Shown here: piece by piece, positions 42,802 through 53,623 of the stretch | How the letters are laid out: each line of letters opens with the position of its first letter | How positions within the stretch are numbered: position 1 is the first letter of the stretch | NCBI GenBank assembly: GCA_963721455.1 | Contig: CAVRJG010000019.1 | Location: forward strand, 1-64,000 | Length of the DNA: 64,000 bases | DNA from: an uncultured Methanosarcinaceae archaeon | GTDB lineage: Archaea > Halobacteriota > Methanosarcinia > Methanosarcinales > Methanosarcinaceae | Reading direction: 5' to 3' | Position numbers and translations under genes: made by a program | Notes under the pieces: model-generated | What the model was told of the DNA's origin: nothing | What the model saw: only the letters and a program-made list of their open reading frames with translations | The model's database searches: none

Positions 42802-43809
42802 ATGGACGAAATTGAAGTCAGGGAATTAGTGCCGTCTGAATACAAAGAATGGGACCTGCTTGTTGAAAAAGCTTCACAGGGCACATTCTTTCATACAAGT
42901 GATTTGCTGGAAATTTTCAGGGATGTCCTTTCAAAGGACTTCAGGATTTATGGTTGTTTCAGAAATGGTGAGCTTGTGGGAGGATGTCCCCTTTTTGTTA
43001 GGAACTTCAAAGGCATCCTGAAAATAGGGTCTTCTACCTCTAATATGACTCACTACAGCGGCCCCCTTATAATGGAAAGCGCAAGCTCCAAAGAGAGTAA
43101 ACGCGTTCAGGATACCCATGAAACCCTTAATGCCTTGAGGGAATTCCTCTGCAAGCAGGGATTTGACAGCATTCGTCTCATATTTTCTCCGGGTTTTGAG
43201 GATATCAGGCCGTTTACCTGGAACGGTTGGGACTCAAGTGTGCGTTATACCCATCACCTGAACCTCAAAGAAAATATCGATAATAGCATTTCAAGGAAGA
43301 TCCGCAGGGAGCTTAAAACCGCAGAAGAGGCAGGGCTTAAAACGAGGGTCATAAACGATCCTGAAACATATTATCGCCTGTTTTCCTTGGTCTACGAAAA
43401 ACAGAATCTGGAACCTCCGGTCCCAAGGGAGTTTTTCGAAAGGGTGTTCAAACTAATCAAGGAGAAAGACGTTGGTTACATGTTTGTTTCAGAGACTCCT
43501 GAAGGAGAGGCTGTTGCAGCTCATTTAAACATCTATGGTAAAAAATGCACTGTCACTTGGTCTTCAGTCCTGAATCCGGCTTTTGGCAGAATGGGCGCAA
43601 ATGCCCTTCTCTATTATAATGAGTTTCTTGATCTGAAGTCCAAAAATTTTGAATATATGAATGTTATGGCAGCAAATGTCCCCAGATTTGCGGATTTTAT
43701 TATGGGCTTTTCCCCGAAGCTTGTGCCTTATTACACTGCGAGCCATTACAGCAAAAAATACTTCTTAATGAGAACTTTATACAATATCGTACATGAGGAA
43801 ACTGAATAA
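42802..43809 (+). CDS. FemAB-like GNAT-fold acyltransferase
   Basis: EWDLLV..GTFFHT, YSGPL, RRELKTA; glycan-locus context. Confidence 0.82.
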   Translation: MDEIEVRELVPSEYKEWDLLVEKASQGTFFHTSDLLEIFRDVLSKDFRIYGCFRNGELVGGCPLFVRNFKGILKIGSSTSNMTHYSGPLIMESASSKESKRVQDTHETLNALREFLCKQGFDSIRLIFSPGFEDIRPFTWNGWDSSVRYTHHLNLKENIDNSISRKIRRELKTAEEAGLKTRVINDPETYYRLFSLVYEKQNLEPPVPREFFERVFKLIKEKDVGYMFVSETPEGEAVAAHLNIYGKKCTVTWSSVLNPAFGRMGANALLYYNEFLDLKSKNFEYMNVMAANVPRFADFIMGFSPKLVPYYTASHYSKKYFLMRTLYNIVHEETE

Positions 43810-43915
43810 CCTGAAATTGCCCCGGATAAAGCCGAAATCTGGATTTTTTTGAAATCAAGAGTTTTTGGTTGCCAATTTGTATTCGGTTAGTATTATATCT
43901 CAGGTAGGTGTGAAG

Positions 43916-44977
43916 ATGGAAAATTATGATCTTAAGAACTGTTGCAATCGATTGGCGGGAAATATTGAAAAAATTAAACAAAGAGAAGACCTCTGGGATC
44001 TTTACACCAGAAAAGAAGAATACAATTCCCCATTTACCGACAAGTACGACCGATTCTCTTATTACCTTAGCAAGTACAGGAATGTTTTTGAGCCAACTGT
44101 TTCCCAATTTTTGATATCTAATAGCTTTGATCTGGAGTATCCTGAAAATAAAAACTTTGCGGTATGTCTTACCCATGACATTGATGTTGTTTACCCTGGA
44201 AGGATAGTGCCGTCTGCAAAAGCTATGATAGAGAGAAAGTTCACTGATGCCTTTAAAATGCCTTTTTCCAGAATTTACAAGCCCTGGAATCCATGCTGGA
44301 ACTTTAAGCAAATAATGGAGCTGGAAGCAAAATATGGGGCAAAATCCAGTTTCTATTTTCTTGCCCTGACCTCTGAAGAAACGGACTTCAATTACAATAT
44401 TAAAGATCTTGAGTCCGAACTGGGTATTATATCCGACAGCGGATGGGAAGTCGGCCTGCACGGAGGGCACGAGTCTTACAACAACCTTGAAGATATCCAG
44501 GAAAAAAAGCGCAGGCTCGAAAAAGTCCTAGGAAAAGAAGTAATCGGATACCGAAACCATTTCTTGAAGTTCAGGGTCCCAAACACTTGGGAATTTTTGA
44601 GTACGGCTGGCTTCAAATACGACAGCACATTTGGATACTCCGACTGCCCCGGGTTCAGAAACGGCATGTGTCACCCCTTCAGGCCTTATAACTTTGAAAC
44701 AGGAAAAGAAATCGGCATTCTTGAAATTCCTCTAACAATCATGGACCGCACTCTCTTGGGGAGTTACATGAAGCTTGATCTTGAAAAAGCCTGGGGGCTT
44801 ACAAAGCGACTCATCGATATAGTGGAAAAGTGTAAAGGAGTGATAACAATTCTCTGGCATAACACACAAATGCAGGGAGAAAATCTGAAATTCTATGAAA
44901 ATGTGCTTAAATACTGCTCTGAGAAGAATGCTTGGTTAACAAGTGGAGAAAATATCTACAATTTCTGGGAGTCGTAA
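43916..44977 (+). CDS. Polysaccharide deacetylase-family protein
   Basis: LTHDID, EVGLHG, GYRNHFL, YDST, ILWHN. Confidence 0.88.
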   Translation: MENYDLKNCCNRLAGNIEKIKQREDLWDLYTRKEEYNSPFTDKYDRFSYYLSKYRNVFEPTVSQFLISNSFDLEYPENKNFAVCLTHDIDVVYPGRIVPSAKAMIERKFTDAFKMPFSRIYKPWNPCWNFKQIMELEAKYGAKSSFYFLALTSEETDFNYNIKDLESELGIISDSGWEVGLHGGHESYNNLEDIQEKKRRLEKVLGKEVIGYRNHFLKFRVPNTWEFLSTAGFKYDSTFGYSDCPGFRNGMCHPFRPYNFETGKEIGILEIPLTIMDRTLLGSYMKLDLEKAWGLTKRLIDIVEKCKGVITILWHNTQMQGENLKFYENVLKYCSEKNAWLTSGENIYNFWES

Positions 44978-45410
44978 GTCCATGGTTGAGGTTTTTGTGA
45001 AATAAATGCACTGTGCTCTGATTCTTGGAGACTCCTTCAAAATATATCCGATAATTCCGGAGCTTTGTGAGAAAAATGTTAAAGAAATTATCCTTCTTAA
45101 TGATGCCAGAAGACCGGCTTCGTTCAGCAACAAAATTAAAAATTAAAATGACTCCTACATTGCCGTTCATGCCATGATTTCCAAAAACGAAGAGACTTTC
45201 CTAACTTTCTACTGATGAAATCTGGTTGAACCCCTAAAAAGAAAGATTTGGAGAAAATAAGCCTTCCTTAAAGGTGTTCTCCTTAACGGAGAGACCCTAA
45301 GGAATTCTCATACTTCTATCCCTGGCTAAACTAGAGGAGAGATTTTCCTAATCTTTCGGCACAGAAATTAATTCTACGAGCAGAAGACTCCGGAATACCT
45401 CCAGGGAATA

Positions 45411-48350
45411 TCAAGTTGTATATACTAGATCCAGCTTTGGCTTCTGGCTTTCGACTCCACAGTCACTACTGTAGAAAGCAATATAGTTATCACTTTCATT
45501 GCTGGCCTTTATCAGGAAACCGGTATTTGTGTACTTGCCGCTGACATATTCTTTTACAAGGTCAGTTACATTGAGCTCACAGTACCTGTTATCTGGCAAG
45601 TTACTGGCTTTCAGGGTTAATGTAGCATATGGAGTGCTTCCCTGAAGGACGCCGTTCTTGTCATACCAGTCCCCTCCGGGGCTATTCCAGGAAGTGCCTT
45701 TGTCTTTTTTATTCCAGCTCACATAATTGGAGTTCCAGGCAGAAGCAGGCCTGTAAATCTCAATAACAGTATCCTTCGGGCGTGAATTGGGAGGATAATA
45801 CCAGAAAAGGGAAAGAGTTGCATTGTTCACCTGCGTATTACTTTTGTATCCACTCAGGTTAAATGACAGAATGTCCCTGTACCTGCCAACATCACGCATT
45901 CCTCCAACATCGAGAAATGATTTATCCGAAAAGACATCCTCAGGAGAAGCTTCACGAAGGCGGTTATCTTTTGCGCCAGTAATAGTCGCATTTACGGTTA
46001 CTCTTTTCGTAACAGTAAGCTTAGGTACACGGCTCACGTTTCCACACTCGGAACTGTAGAAAGCAATATAATTGTTATTCTCGTTGCGGGCTTTTATAAG
46101 GAAACCCGTGTTTGTGTACTTGCCGCTTACATAATCTTTTACAAGGTCAGTTACATTGAGCTCATAGTACCTGTTATCTGGTAAACTGCTGGCTTTCAGG
46201 GTTAATGTAGCATATGGAGTGCTGCCCTGCAAGACACCGTTCTTGTCATACCAGTTTCCTCCGGAATTAGTCCAGGCAATGCCTTTATTCTTTTTATTCC
46301 AGCTCACATAATCCGGGTTCCAGGCAACAGGCCTGTAGACCTCAATAACAGTATTATTTGGCCGTGAACTGGTCGGATAATACCAGAAGAGGGAAAGGGT
46401 TACACTGCTGATTTCAGTAGCATTGGTGTATTCGCTCACGTTAAACCATATAACATCCCTGTACCTGCCGCCGTTGCTCATTCCTCCAACATCGAGAAAC
46501 GATTTATCCCGAAAGACATCTTCAGGAGAACCTTCACGAAGGCGGTTATCGTACATCTTTCCAGAGAAATTCCAGGGGAGTTCATTTTCGATTACACTTA
46601 TTTTTGCAGTCTCAGAATCATTGAGCTTACCATCGCTTACCTCAAAAAAAACATTGTATGACCCATCCTGCCCACCTTCAGGAGTCCAGTTGAAAAGACC
46701 GGACTTCCCGTTGAAGGCTGCACCTGCAGGAAGGCCTGAGGCTGAGTATGTAAGGCTGTCTCCATCCACATCAGAAGCTTCCACCATAAAGTTCAGATTT
46801 TCTCCGATCTCAACCGTAGAACTGGGAATGGAGTCCATTACAGGAGGGTGATTCGAGTTTTCTGAAAGAGATGCATAGATTGTGTTTCCATACCTTCCTA
46901 TATTGATTCTGTTTCCGTTATCTTCGGGTTCGTTAGAATATTCCGAGGAGAGACAACCAGCGTCAATGCAGGGAGAACTTATACGGTCCTTTACCCATGT
47001 TTTTCCATTCCGCCTCCCAGCCGAAGACTTCAGGTGGTAATCATGGTTTTTCTGGTCTGCAAAAAGCGGATCAACATGAATATCTGAAGCAGATGAAAGG
47101 GTGTTCTTGTAATCTCCACCAGTGTTGTTGTAGAAACAATTGTTTTCCAGTATAAAGGAATGGGTTCCAGTCAGGTAATTAACCACTCCATTGCCAGTTC
47201 CGGCAGGCTGATATTTTCGTTGTTTAGTGTTTGAAATTATATTATTACGTACAATTGTCGTGTATCCTGTACCTGGGGGTTTAAGATTTAAAGCAGCCTG
47301 GAGCGCCACTGCTGTGTGATAATTTCCATCAAAAACATTGTTTTCTATAAGGGTATCATAAAACCCGCTTGTTTCAATACCACATACCCAGTTGTAGGTT
47401 GGATGCGTGCCACAACCATAGAATGTGTTGTGGTGTATGTAGACGTTCTTAGCTTCATCCTTTGAGTAAGCTTGACCGTATGCTATGAGCCAGATACCAG
47501 GACCATACGTGTCATAAATAGTATTGTTATATACCTCTATATCATTCATTGGGAATGGGGTATCTTCTCGGATATATTGAATCTGAATTCCTGGACCCCC
47601 CGCGTCTGGCTCAAACACTGTATATATAACGTTATCATGCAGTTTTACACGGTTTGAGTTGTAAATTCTCAGTGCAGAGTTCGTCTTGCATCTTACTAAG
47701 TTATTCCAGGCTTCTACATTCTGACATTTGATTGCATAAAGACCGTCATGACCGAGCATGTAAATCCGGTTGTCGTGGAATTTTACGTTTTGACTGTATT
47801 TTACTTTAAGACCATCACCGAGACTATCATGCAGATACATGTTACATACTTCAATATCATCATAATATAACATCATGAGATTATCGTAACCGTCCCCTCT
47901 CATTTCTGTTCCAGGTTTAGTATTTCCATCAGCATTACCATCAATCTCGAATCCTCTAATGATAATATATCCTTTTGTAGACTCTTTAGCTAATTTCTGT
48001 TTTATTAATGGTTTTTCTGGGGGCCAGTATGCTTTGTCTTTAAGCTTGATTACTGCAGTATCGTCTCCTTCAAGGATGGTATTGCTACCTATAAGGAGAG
48101 AATCACCTATAACATATGTGAATGGGCCTTTAAGGTGGACAGTCGTGCCTGGATGTTTTGCTGCATAATCAAGAGCCTGGTTAATCTGCACATGGTCATC
48201 TTTCCCGTCACAGTTGAAGTCTCCGCTTCCATCTCCTGAAACGTAAACAATGGACGATGGACTAACGCATAAGGCGGTAGGAACGCTTGTAAGGATAAGA
48301 CATCCAAGCAGAAAGAGTATTCCGAATCTTCGTTTTAACCTTGCTATCAC
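45411..48350 (-). CDS. Secreted disaggregatase-related protein (beta-helix + Ig-like domain + two DNRLRE domains)
   Basis: Signal peptide after GTG 48350; right-handed beta-helix repeats; two DNRLRE domains with near-identical DNA. Confidence 0.88.
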   Translation of the reverse strand: MIARLKRRFGILFLLGCLILTSVPTALCVSPSSIVYVSGDGSGDFNCDGKDDHVQINQALDYAAKHPGTTVHLKGPFTYVIGDSLLIGSNTILEGDDTAVIKLKDKAYWPPEKPLIKQKLAKESTKGYIIIRGFEIDGNADGNTKPGTEMRGDGYDNLMMLYYDDIEVCNMYLHDSLGDGLKVKYSQNVKFHDNRIYMLGHDGLYAIKCQNVEAWNNLVRCKTNSALRIYNSNRVKLHDNVIYTVFEPDAGGPGIQIQYIREDTPFPMNDIEVYNNTIYDTYGPGIWLIAYGQAYSKDEAKNVYIHHNTFYGCGTHPTYNWVCGIETSGFYDTLIENNVFDGNYHTAVALQAALNLKPPGTGYTTIVRNNIISNTKQRKYQPAGTGNGVVNYLTGTHSFILENNCFYNNTGGDYKNTLSSASDIHVDPLFADQKNHDYHLKSSAGRRNGKTWVKDRISSPCIDAGCLSSEYSNEPEDNGNRINIGRYGNTIYASLSENSNHPPVMDSIPSSTVEIGENLNFMVEASDVDGDSLTYSASGLPAGAAFNGKSGLFNWTPEGGQDGSYNVFFEVSDGKLNDSETAKISVIENELPWNFSGKMYDNRLREGSPEDVFRDKSFLDVGGMSNGGRYRDVIWFNVSEYTNATEISSVTLSLFWYYPTSSRPNNTVIEVYRPVAWNPDYVSWNKKNKGIAWTNSGGNWYDKNGVLQGSTPYATLTLKASSLPDNRYYELNVTDLVKDYVSGKYTNTGFLIKARNENNNYIAFYSSECGNVSRVPKLTVTKRVTVNATITGAKDNRLREASPEDVFSDKSFLDVGGMRDVGRYRDILSFNLSGYKSNTQVNNATLSLFWYYPPNSRPKDTVIEIYRPASAWNSNYVSWNKKDKGTSWNSPGGDWYDKNGVLQGSTPYATLTLKASNLPDNRYCELNVTDLVKEYVSGKYTNTGFLIKASNESDNYIAFYSSDCGVESQKPKLDLVYTT

Positions 48351-49764
48351 AAGGAGCTGAACATTATGTGTATTTTTGCAGTAATTAGTGTGCAACGAAA
48401 CCAGGTTTTCTACACAAAACTCAATAAAAAAATTAACACTTTCAATCGCACATCTGCATAAATATTTTGCACAGTATATAATCCAAACAATTAAATTTTT
48501 CAAAGAGTTCCACTCCCGAACAATCATTCTTTATAACGAGCCCTGGGAAAATATACAGGTCAATTAGTTAGTTATTTAGTTTAATTGAGGAGAAATACTG
48601 GAGTATGAATTGTTTTTCTTATTTGGACAGTATCTCCAATGTAATAAATTCCCTCTGTTAACTATCGAAATAAATTAAGTTATACTACATAACTTAATTT
48701 TAATTGTCCCCTATGTAGGATAGAACGTCTGACTATAAAAGGGCACAGGACCGTGTTTAAAAATATTTAGTAAGTTCTGTAGGAAATATTTTGATGGGTT
48801 TAAACCCAAAAAAGACAACGAAACAGAAGCAGAAGAGAGGCATTAGAATTTATGATAAAAGACGGAAGTGACCCACATTATGATAAAAACAGGACCCAAA
48901 AACCGCCGGAATAGGCATTATATAACCCTAATTTGACAGAAGCATATATTTCATAATGAATAAATGGGCTTCATGCTTCTGTTTTCTTCATACAACTAAA
49001 AGTTATTTCATACGCTTTTTGATTTTTGACATTTTTCATTTTTCCTAAAAGTACTGTGCCGATGCAACGCGTTTTTTGTGTGAAAATGCTATACTAATTA
49101 GTAGAATCTGTCAATAATATAAATGGTTTTTTATACTCCACTTTTTAATCAAGAATCTGAAAAACTGAAGCTTCCTGAAATATAAGTTAGAAGCTTTCAA
49201 TGAAGGTACAAGATTGAAAAGTGTAAGACATTTCAAAAAAACATGTTTGAATAAGCAGGGCAATTTTCAGAAAAACGATAGCAGAAAAAATTGTGAAAAT
49301 TAAACCCATCTTAGAGCCTGTCTTAAAATAATCTATGCAGCTTCCTTTTTTTTAGATTTGAATGTGTAGTTCCACTCTCCATGAAACTCACCACGAACAG
49401 TTCCCATTCTTCAACTTCCTTTTGTGTATTTTAATCCCTTTGACCTTTTATCCTGGAGGGGGGTTATTTCGGGCCGACGATGCCGATGATACTGCTGCTC
49501 TTATAGGAATGTTTATAGTGTTTATAGTGTTTATGGGAATCATATTATATTGGTAGTCCACCCTTAGTTGGTTGATATTATTCAAAAATGATCGAAATAC
49601 AGTTTCCAGCTCTTTGTTTTCCCATATTTTTGAAGCTATGGGACCAGCCTGCTGTATAAGCATATAAACATAGGCAAAAGCCATTTTGGAAATAATGTAA
49701 TGAAAACATCAGTCATGTATTAGTTGATGACCATTATATTCGATGGAGAAGTTAATCAGGTAGA

Positions 49765-49965
49765 GTGAACTACCCTCGACTGAAGTCGAAGGCTTCTTGG
49801 TTCATCCCTGAGACTAATGTCAGCCAGTCCCCAAGCCCTACCCTACATTCCGTAGGTAGAAAATTATGTGAACAGTTTAATGTTCCTTAATATGCCCTGT
49901 TATCCAACTTGCTTTCGCATTGTAGTGACAGCATTTCAAGTATATATTAATTAGTTTATAAGTAT
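49765..49965 (-). mobile_element. Non-autonomous IS200/IS605(IS607)-type TnpB element relic
   Basis: Right end GAAGCCTTCGACTTCAGTCGAGGGTAGTTCAC with subterminal hairpin; upstream ATGCGAAAG and a TATA box. Confidence 0.7.
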
Positions 49966-49969
49966 TTAA

Positions 49970-50110
49970 TTTGTATTCGGTTAAGGAATCTGTTAACCTA
50001 AAAGTGGCTACTCAAATCAACAGAACACATCGATTTTCAAATTTTAGGTTTACGTAAATCACTACAAAAATAACATATTATTTGCATTTCGTATCTTAAC
50101 CGAATAAAAA
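49970..50110. mobile_element. ~140-bp MITE-like element
   Basis: Inverted ends TATTCGGTTAAG / CTTAACCGAATA. Confidence 0.6.
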
Positions 50111-50258
50111 AGATAAGTATTTATATATATTCGGAATTAATAAAAGTTGACAGTTTAGAAGTTGACGGTCTGTATCCCCCCATTGAAATGAGGTGAATTA
50201 GACCTTAGACGATCTTTAAAAAAGTGAATTGGGATTCAGTTAAAAAGAGGTCTTTTTC

Positions 50259-51362
50259 TTGAAAATATTGCGCGTTGCACCTAATATATATCCTTATACA
50301 GTTGGCGGCGTGTGCATCCACGCCCATGAAATGTCTAAAGAGCAGATGAGAATGGGGCACGATGTAACTATTTATACCGCCTCTGGGGGTGCCAAATCTC
50401 CATATGAAGCTCCTGAAGGCTATTATGTCCGGAATTTCAAACCATTTGCACAAATACTTGGGAATTCCATCGCACCGAATATGTTTGTCGATCTGGTTAA
50501 AAACCAGTCAAAGTATGATGTAGTTCATGCTCATTCCCATCTTTTCTTTTCAACTAACCTCAGTGCAGTTGCAAGACATCTGGGCTCAACCCCGCTTGTC
50601 ATAACCAACCACGGCCTGAATTCACAGACTGCTCCCAAGTGGTTCCAGGACATTTATACTGTCTCCGGTGCCAGGCTTACGTTTGCAGCAGCAGACAAAA
50701 TAATCTGTTACACTGAAACAGAGAAAAAGGAACTCATTGATATCGGAATTAAATCCCGAAAAATCAAAGTGATACACAACGGCGTCGATACTGACCTGTT
50801 TGTCCCTGCAAAGGAAACTTCTTTTGACAAAAAGAACTTGCTCTGGGTCGGCAGGTATGCAAAAGGAAAAGGGCCCGATTACCTTATTGATGCTTTCAAT
50901 AAGGTAAAATTCAGGCACCCTGATGCTACCCTTACAATGGTCGGCAAAGGTCCCTATAAAGACCAGATTGTTCAAAAAATACACAACCTGAAACTGGACA
51001 ACAGTATTATAATGAAGGACTTTGTCGCGAACTCCGAACTCGTAAACCTGTATCAAAATTCAAGTGTTTTTGTGCTTCCAAGCCTTGAGGAAGGCGTCCC
51101 AAGAACAATTCTGGAGGCAATGTCATGTGGAATCCCCGTAGTTTGTTCCCGACTGCCACAGCTTGTCAATATTGTCAATGGCGGCGGAATACTCGTTCCC
51201 GTAAAAGATCCTCAAACCCTAGCAGACAGCATCTCAGAAGTACTCTCAGATTCTTCCCTTGCAGCAAAATTCAGGGAAAACGGAAGAGGAAACGTTGTTG
51301 AAAACTATTCCTGGAAAGACACCGTAAATAAAACCGTCCAACTTTATGAGGAGTTGATTTAA
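50259..51362 (+). CDS. Glycosyltransferase family 4
   Basis: GG loop, VHAH, IHNGVD, EGVPRTILEAM. Confidence 0.92.
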   Translation: MKILRVAPNIYPYTVGGVCIHAHEMSKEQMRMGHDVTIYTASGGAKSPYEAPEGYYVRNFKPFAQILGNSIAPNMFVDLVKNQSKYDVVHAHSHLFFSTNLSAVARHLGSTPLVITNHGLNSQTAPKWFQDIYTVSGARLTFAAADKIICYTETEKKELIDIGIKSRKIKVIHNGVDTDLFVPAKETSFDKKNLLWVGRYAKGKGPDYLIDAFNKVKFRHPDATLTMVGKGPYKDQIVQKIHNLKLDNSIIMKDFVANSELVNLYQNSSVFVLPSLEEGVPRTILEAMSCGIPVVCSRLPQLVNIVNGGGILVPVKDPQTLADSISEVLSDSSLAAKFRENGRGNVVENYSWKDTVNKTVQLYEELI

Positions 51363-51363
51363 A

Positions 51364-52332
51364 GTGTCTAAAATAGTTATTACAGGCGGTGCAGGTTTTA
51401 TCGGGTCACATATTGCAGAAAGCCTTGCAAAAGATGGTCATGAAATTGTTATTGTTGATAATCTTGATCCTTATTATTCTATTGACCTTAAAAAAAGAAA
51501 CCTAGATATAGTTCTTGAAAGCGGGGATGCAACTTTCATTAATGCCGATGTTACAGATCTCTATAAAATAAAGGAGATCATTGACAGCACGGTTGATTAT
51601 GTTTATCACGAAGCTGCCCAGGCTGGAGTTCGAATTTCAGTTGAAGATCCTTTTAAGCCTAATAATGTAAACGTGCTGGGTACTCTGAATGTGCTTAAAG
51701 CATCTCTGGATGCTAATATTAAAAAAGTCATTAATGCTTCCTCATCATCTGTTTATGGTAAAGTTAGGTATCTGCCATTCGATGAACAACATCCCACAGA
51801 GCCTGTATCCCCATACGGCGTTAGTAAATTAGCTGCAGAACACTATTGCAGGGTATTTTATGAGGTATATGGGCTCCCCACAACTTCATTGCGCTACTTT
51901 ACAGTATATGGTCCAAGGATGAGACCTGACCTTGCAATTTCAATCTTTACTAGGAAAATGCTTGCAAATGAACCTATTACCGTTTTTGGTGATGGAGAGC
52001 AGACAAGAGATTTCACTTACATCGAAGACATTGTGGAAGCTAACAAAAGGCTCCTTAACAACAAAGTAACAAATGGAAAGGTTTTGAATATCGGTGGTGG
52101 AAACCGGATCAGTGTAAATGACCTGATTGAAAACTTAAGGTCCATTACTGGTTCAACATCTGAATCAATAAATATCGTTAAGCAAACAGGAGATACCGAG
52201 GATACGCTTGCAAATATTGATTTGGGAAATAAACTGATCGGATACAAACCATTATTCAATATCAACAAAGGTCTGAATAAATTCGTAGACGGGTTAAAAA
52301 ATGAGGGAGATATTCTTGGGTTCAATAAATAA
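51364..52332 (+). CDS. NAD-dependent nucleotide-sugar epimerase/dehydratase
   Basis: TGGAGFIG, SSSSVYG, YGVSK, YFTVYGP. Confidence 0.93.
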   Translation: MSKIVITGGAGFIGSHIAESLAKDGHEIVIVDNLDPYYSIDLKKRNLDIVLESGDATFINADVTDLYKIKEIIDSTVDYVYHEAAQAGVRISVEDPFKPNNVNVLGTLNVLKASLDANIKKVINASSSSVYGKVRYLPFDEQHPTEPVSPYGVSKLAAEHYCRVFYEVYGLPTTSLRYFTVYGPRMRPDLAISIFTRKMLANEPITVFGDGEQTRDFTYIEDIVEANKRLLNNKVTNGKVLNIGGGNRISVNDLIENLRSITGSTSESINIVKQTGDTEDTLANIDLGNKLIGYKPLFNINKGLNKFVDGLKNEGDILGFNK

Positions 52333-53593
52333 GTTGATGTTACTTCATCAAGTTCGCAAAAATCAATGGCTTAAACCTTCTGAGCTTGAAGAGTTACAGA
52401 ATAAAAAACTTCGCTCAATGGTTAAGCATGCTTATGAAAATACTGAATTTTATCATAATAAATTTAAAAATGCAGGAATTCATCCTGATGATATCAGGAC
52501 ATTAAACGACTTAAAAAGGATTCCTTTTACAACAAAAGAAGAGGTTAGAGAGCACAGTTTAGGCTCAATATTAGCTAAAGGAGTTAACCTCGATAGTTGT
52601 CGAGTCATCCCTACGAGCGGTTCCACAGGCAAACCTCTGAAAGCCGTGTACGATGCCGTTGCAGATGACTATAGCAGAGTTGTGAATTTAAGATCTATGA
52701 TGGAAAACGGTTTAAAAATAAGAGATAAGTGGGTAAACATAGGGGATACAAGAACAGCTACAAGTTCTAAGTGGTTCCAAAAGCTTGGATTTTTCAATAT
52801 AAGTACATTAAATCTTTTTGATAATGTTAAAGATCAAGTTGATTTTTTAATCAATGTAAAGCCAGATACGATTATTGGCTATCCTTCTCAATTAAGTCTG
52901 ATTGCTAGATACATAAAAAATAATTCTATTGAGGGAGTTAATCCAAAAAATGTCTTTACCACAGCAGAACTTCTTGATCCCCCCGCAAGAAAACTTATTA
53001 ATTCAGCTTTTGATGTTGAATTAGTAGATTTATTTGGATGTATAGAAGTCAACAGAACTGCATGGGAATGTTCTGAACACTGTGGATATCATCTTGATGT
53101 TGATAGTGTAATTTCGGAGTTTATTCAAGATGGAGAAAATGTGGCTACAGGTGAAAGAGGTGAAATTATATACACTTGTTTGTATAATTATGCAATGCCT
53201 TTGATCAGATATGAAGTTGGAGATATAGGGATTCCAACTGATGAATTATGTTCATGTGGAAGAGGACTTCCTCTTATGAAATCAGTAGAAGGGAGGAGCG
53301 ATGATTTCATAATTTTACCAAGTGGAAAGATGATATCTCCGATTATTTTAGCACTTGTAATGAAGCATTCTCATGGAGTTTTAGAGTATCAGATTGTACA
53401 AGAAAAACTTGATCATGTTACTGTATATGCTGTGATTTCCGAAAGTATTGATGAAAAAGATCTGGATGTTGTTTACAGAAGTATTATCGAGTTCTTGAAT
53501 AATGAAGTGTCAGTGAATATAAAAATAGTTGATAAACTTAAAAAAGGTTCTACGGGAAAAATCAGATCTGTAATTTCTAAGGTAACATTTTAA
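52301..53593 (+). CDS. Phenylacetate-CoA ligase-family (CapK-like) adenylating enzyme
   Basis: PFTTK, TSGSTGKP, MPLIRYEVGD, EGRSDD. Confidence 0.88.
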   Translation: MREIFLGSINKLMLLHQVRKNQWLKPSELEELQNKKLRSMVKHAYENTEFYHNKFKNAGIHPDDIRTLNDLKRIPFTTKEEVREHSLGSILAKGVNLDSCRVIPTSGSTGKPLKAVYDAVADDYSRVVNLRSMMENGLKIRDKWVNIGDTRTATSSKWFQKLGFFNISTLNLFDNVKDQVDFLINVKPDTIIGYPSQLSLIARYIKNNSIEGVNPKNVFTTAELLDPPARKLINSAFDVELVDLFGCIEVNRTAWECSEHCGYHLDVDSVISEFIQDGENVATGERGEIIYTCLYNYAMPLIRYEVGDIGIPTDELCSCGRGLPLMKSVEGRSDDFIILPSGKMISPIILALVMKHSHGVLEYQIVQEKLDHVTVYAVISESIDEKDLDVVYRSIIEFLNNEVSVNIKIVDKLKKGSTGKIRSVISKVTF

Positions 53594-53623
53594 TATTTCA
53601 CATTATTTATTGTTGGGGTCTGT

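Noticed and set aside
43700-44470. 256-aa minus-strand ORF
   Set aside because: Antisense to the deacetylase; no motifs
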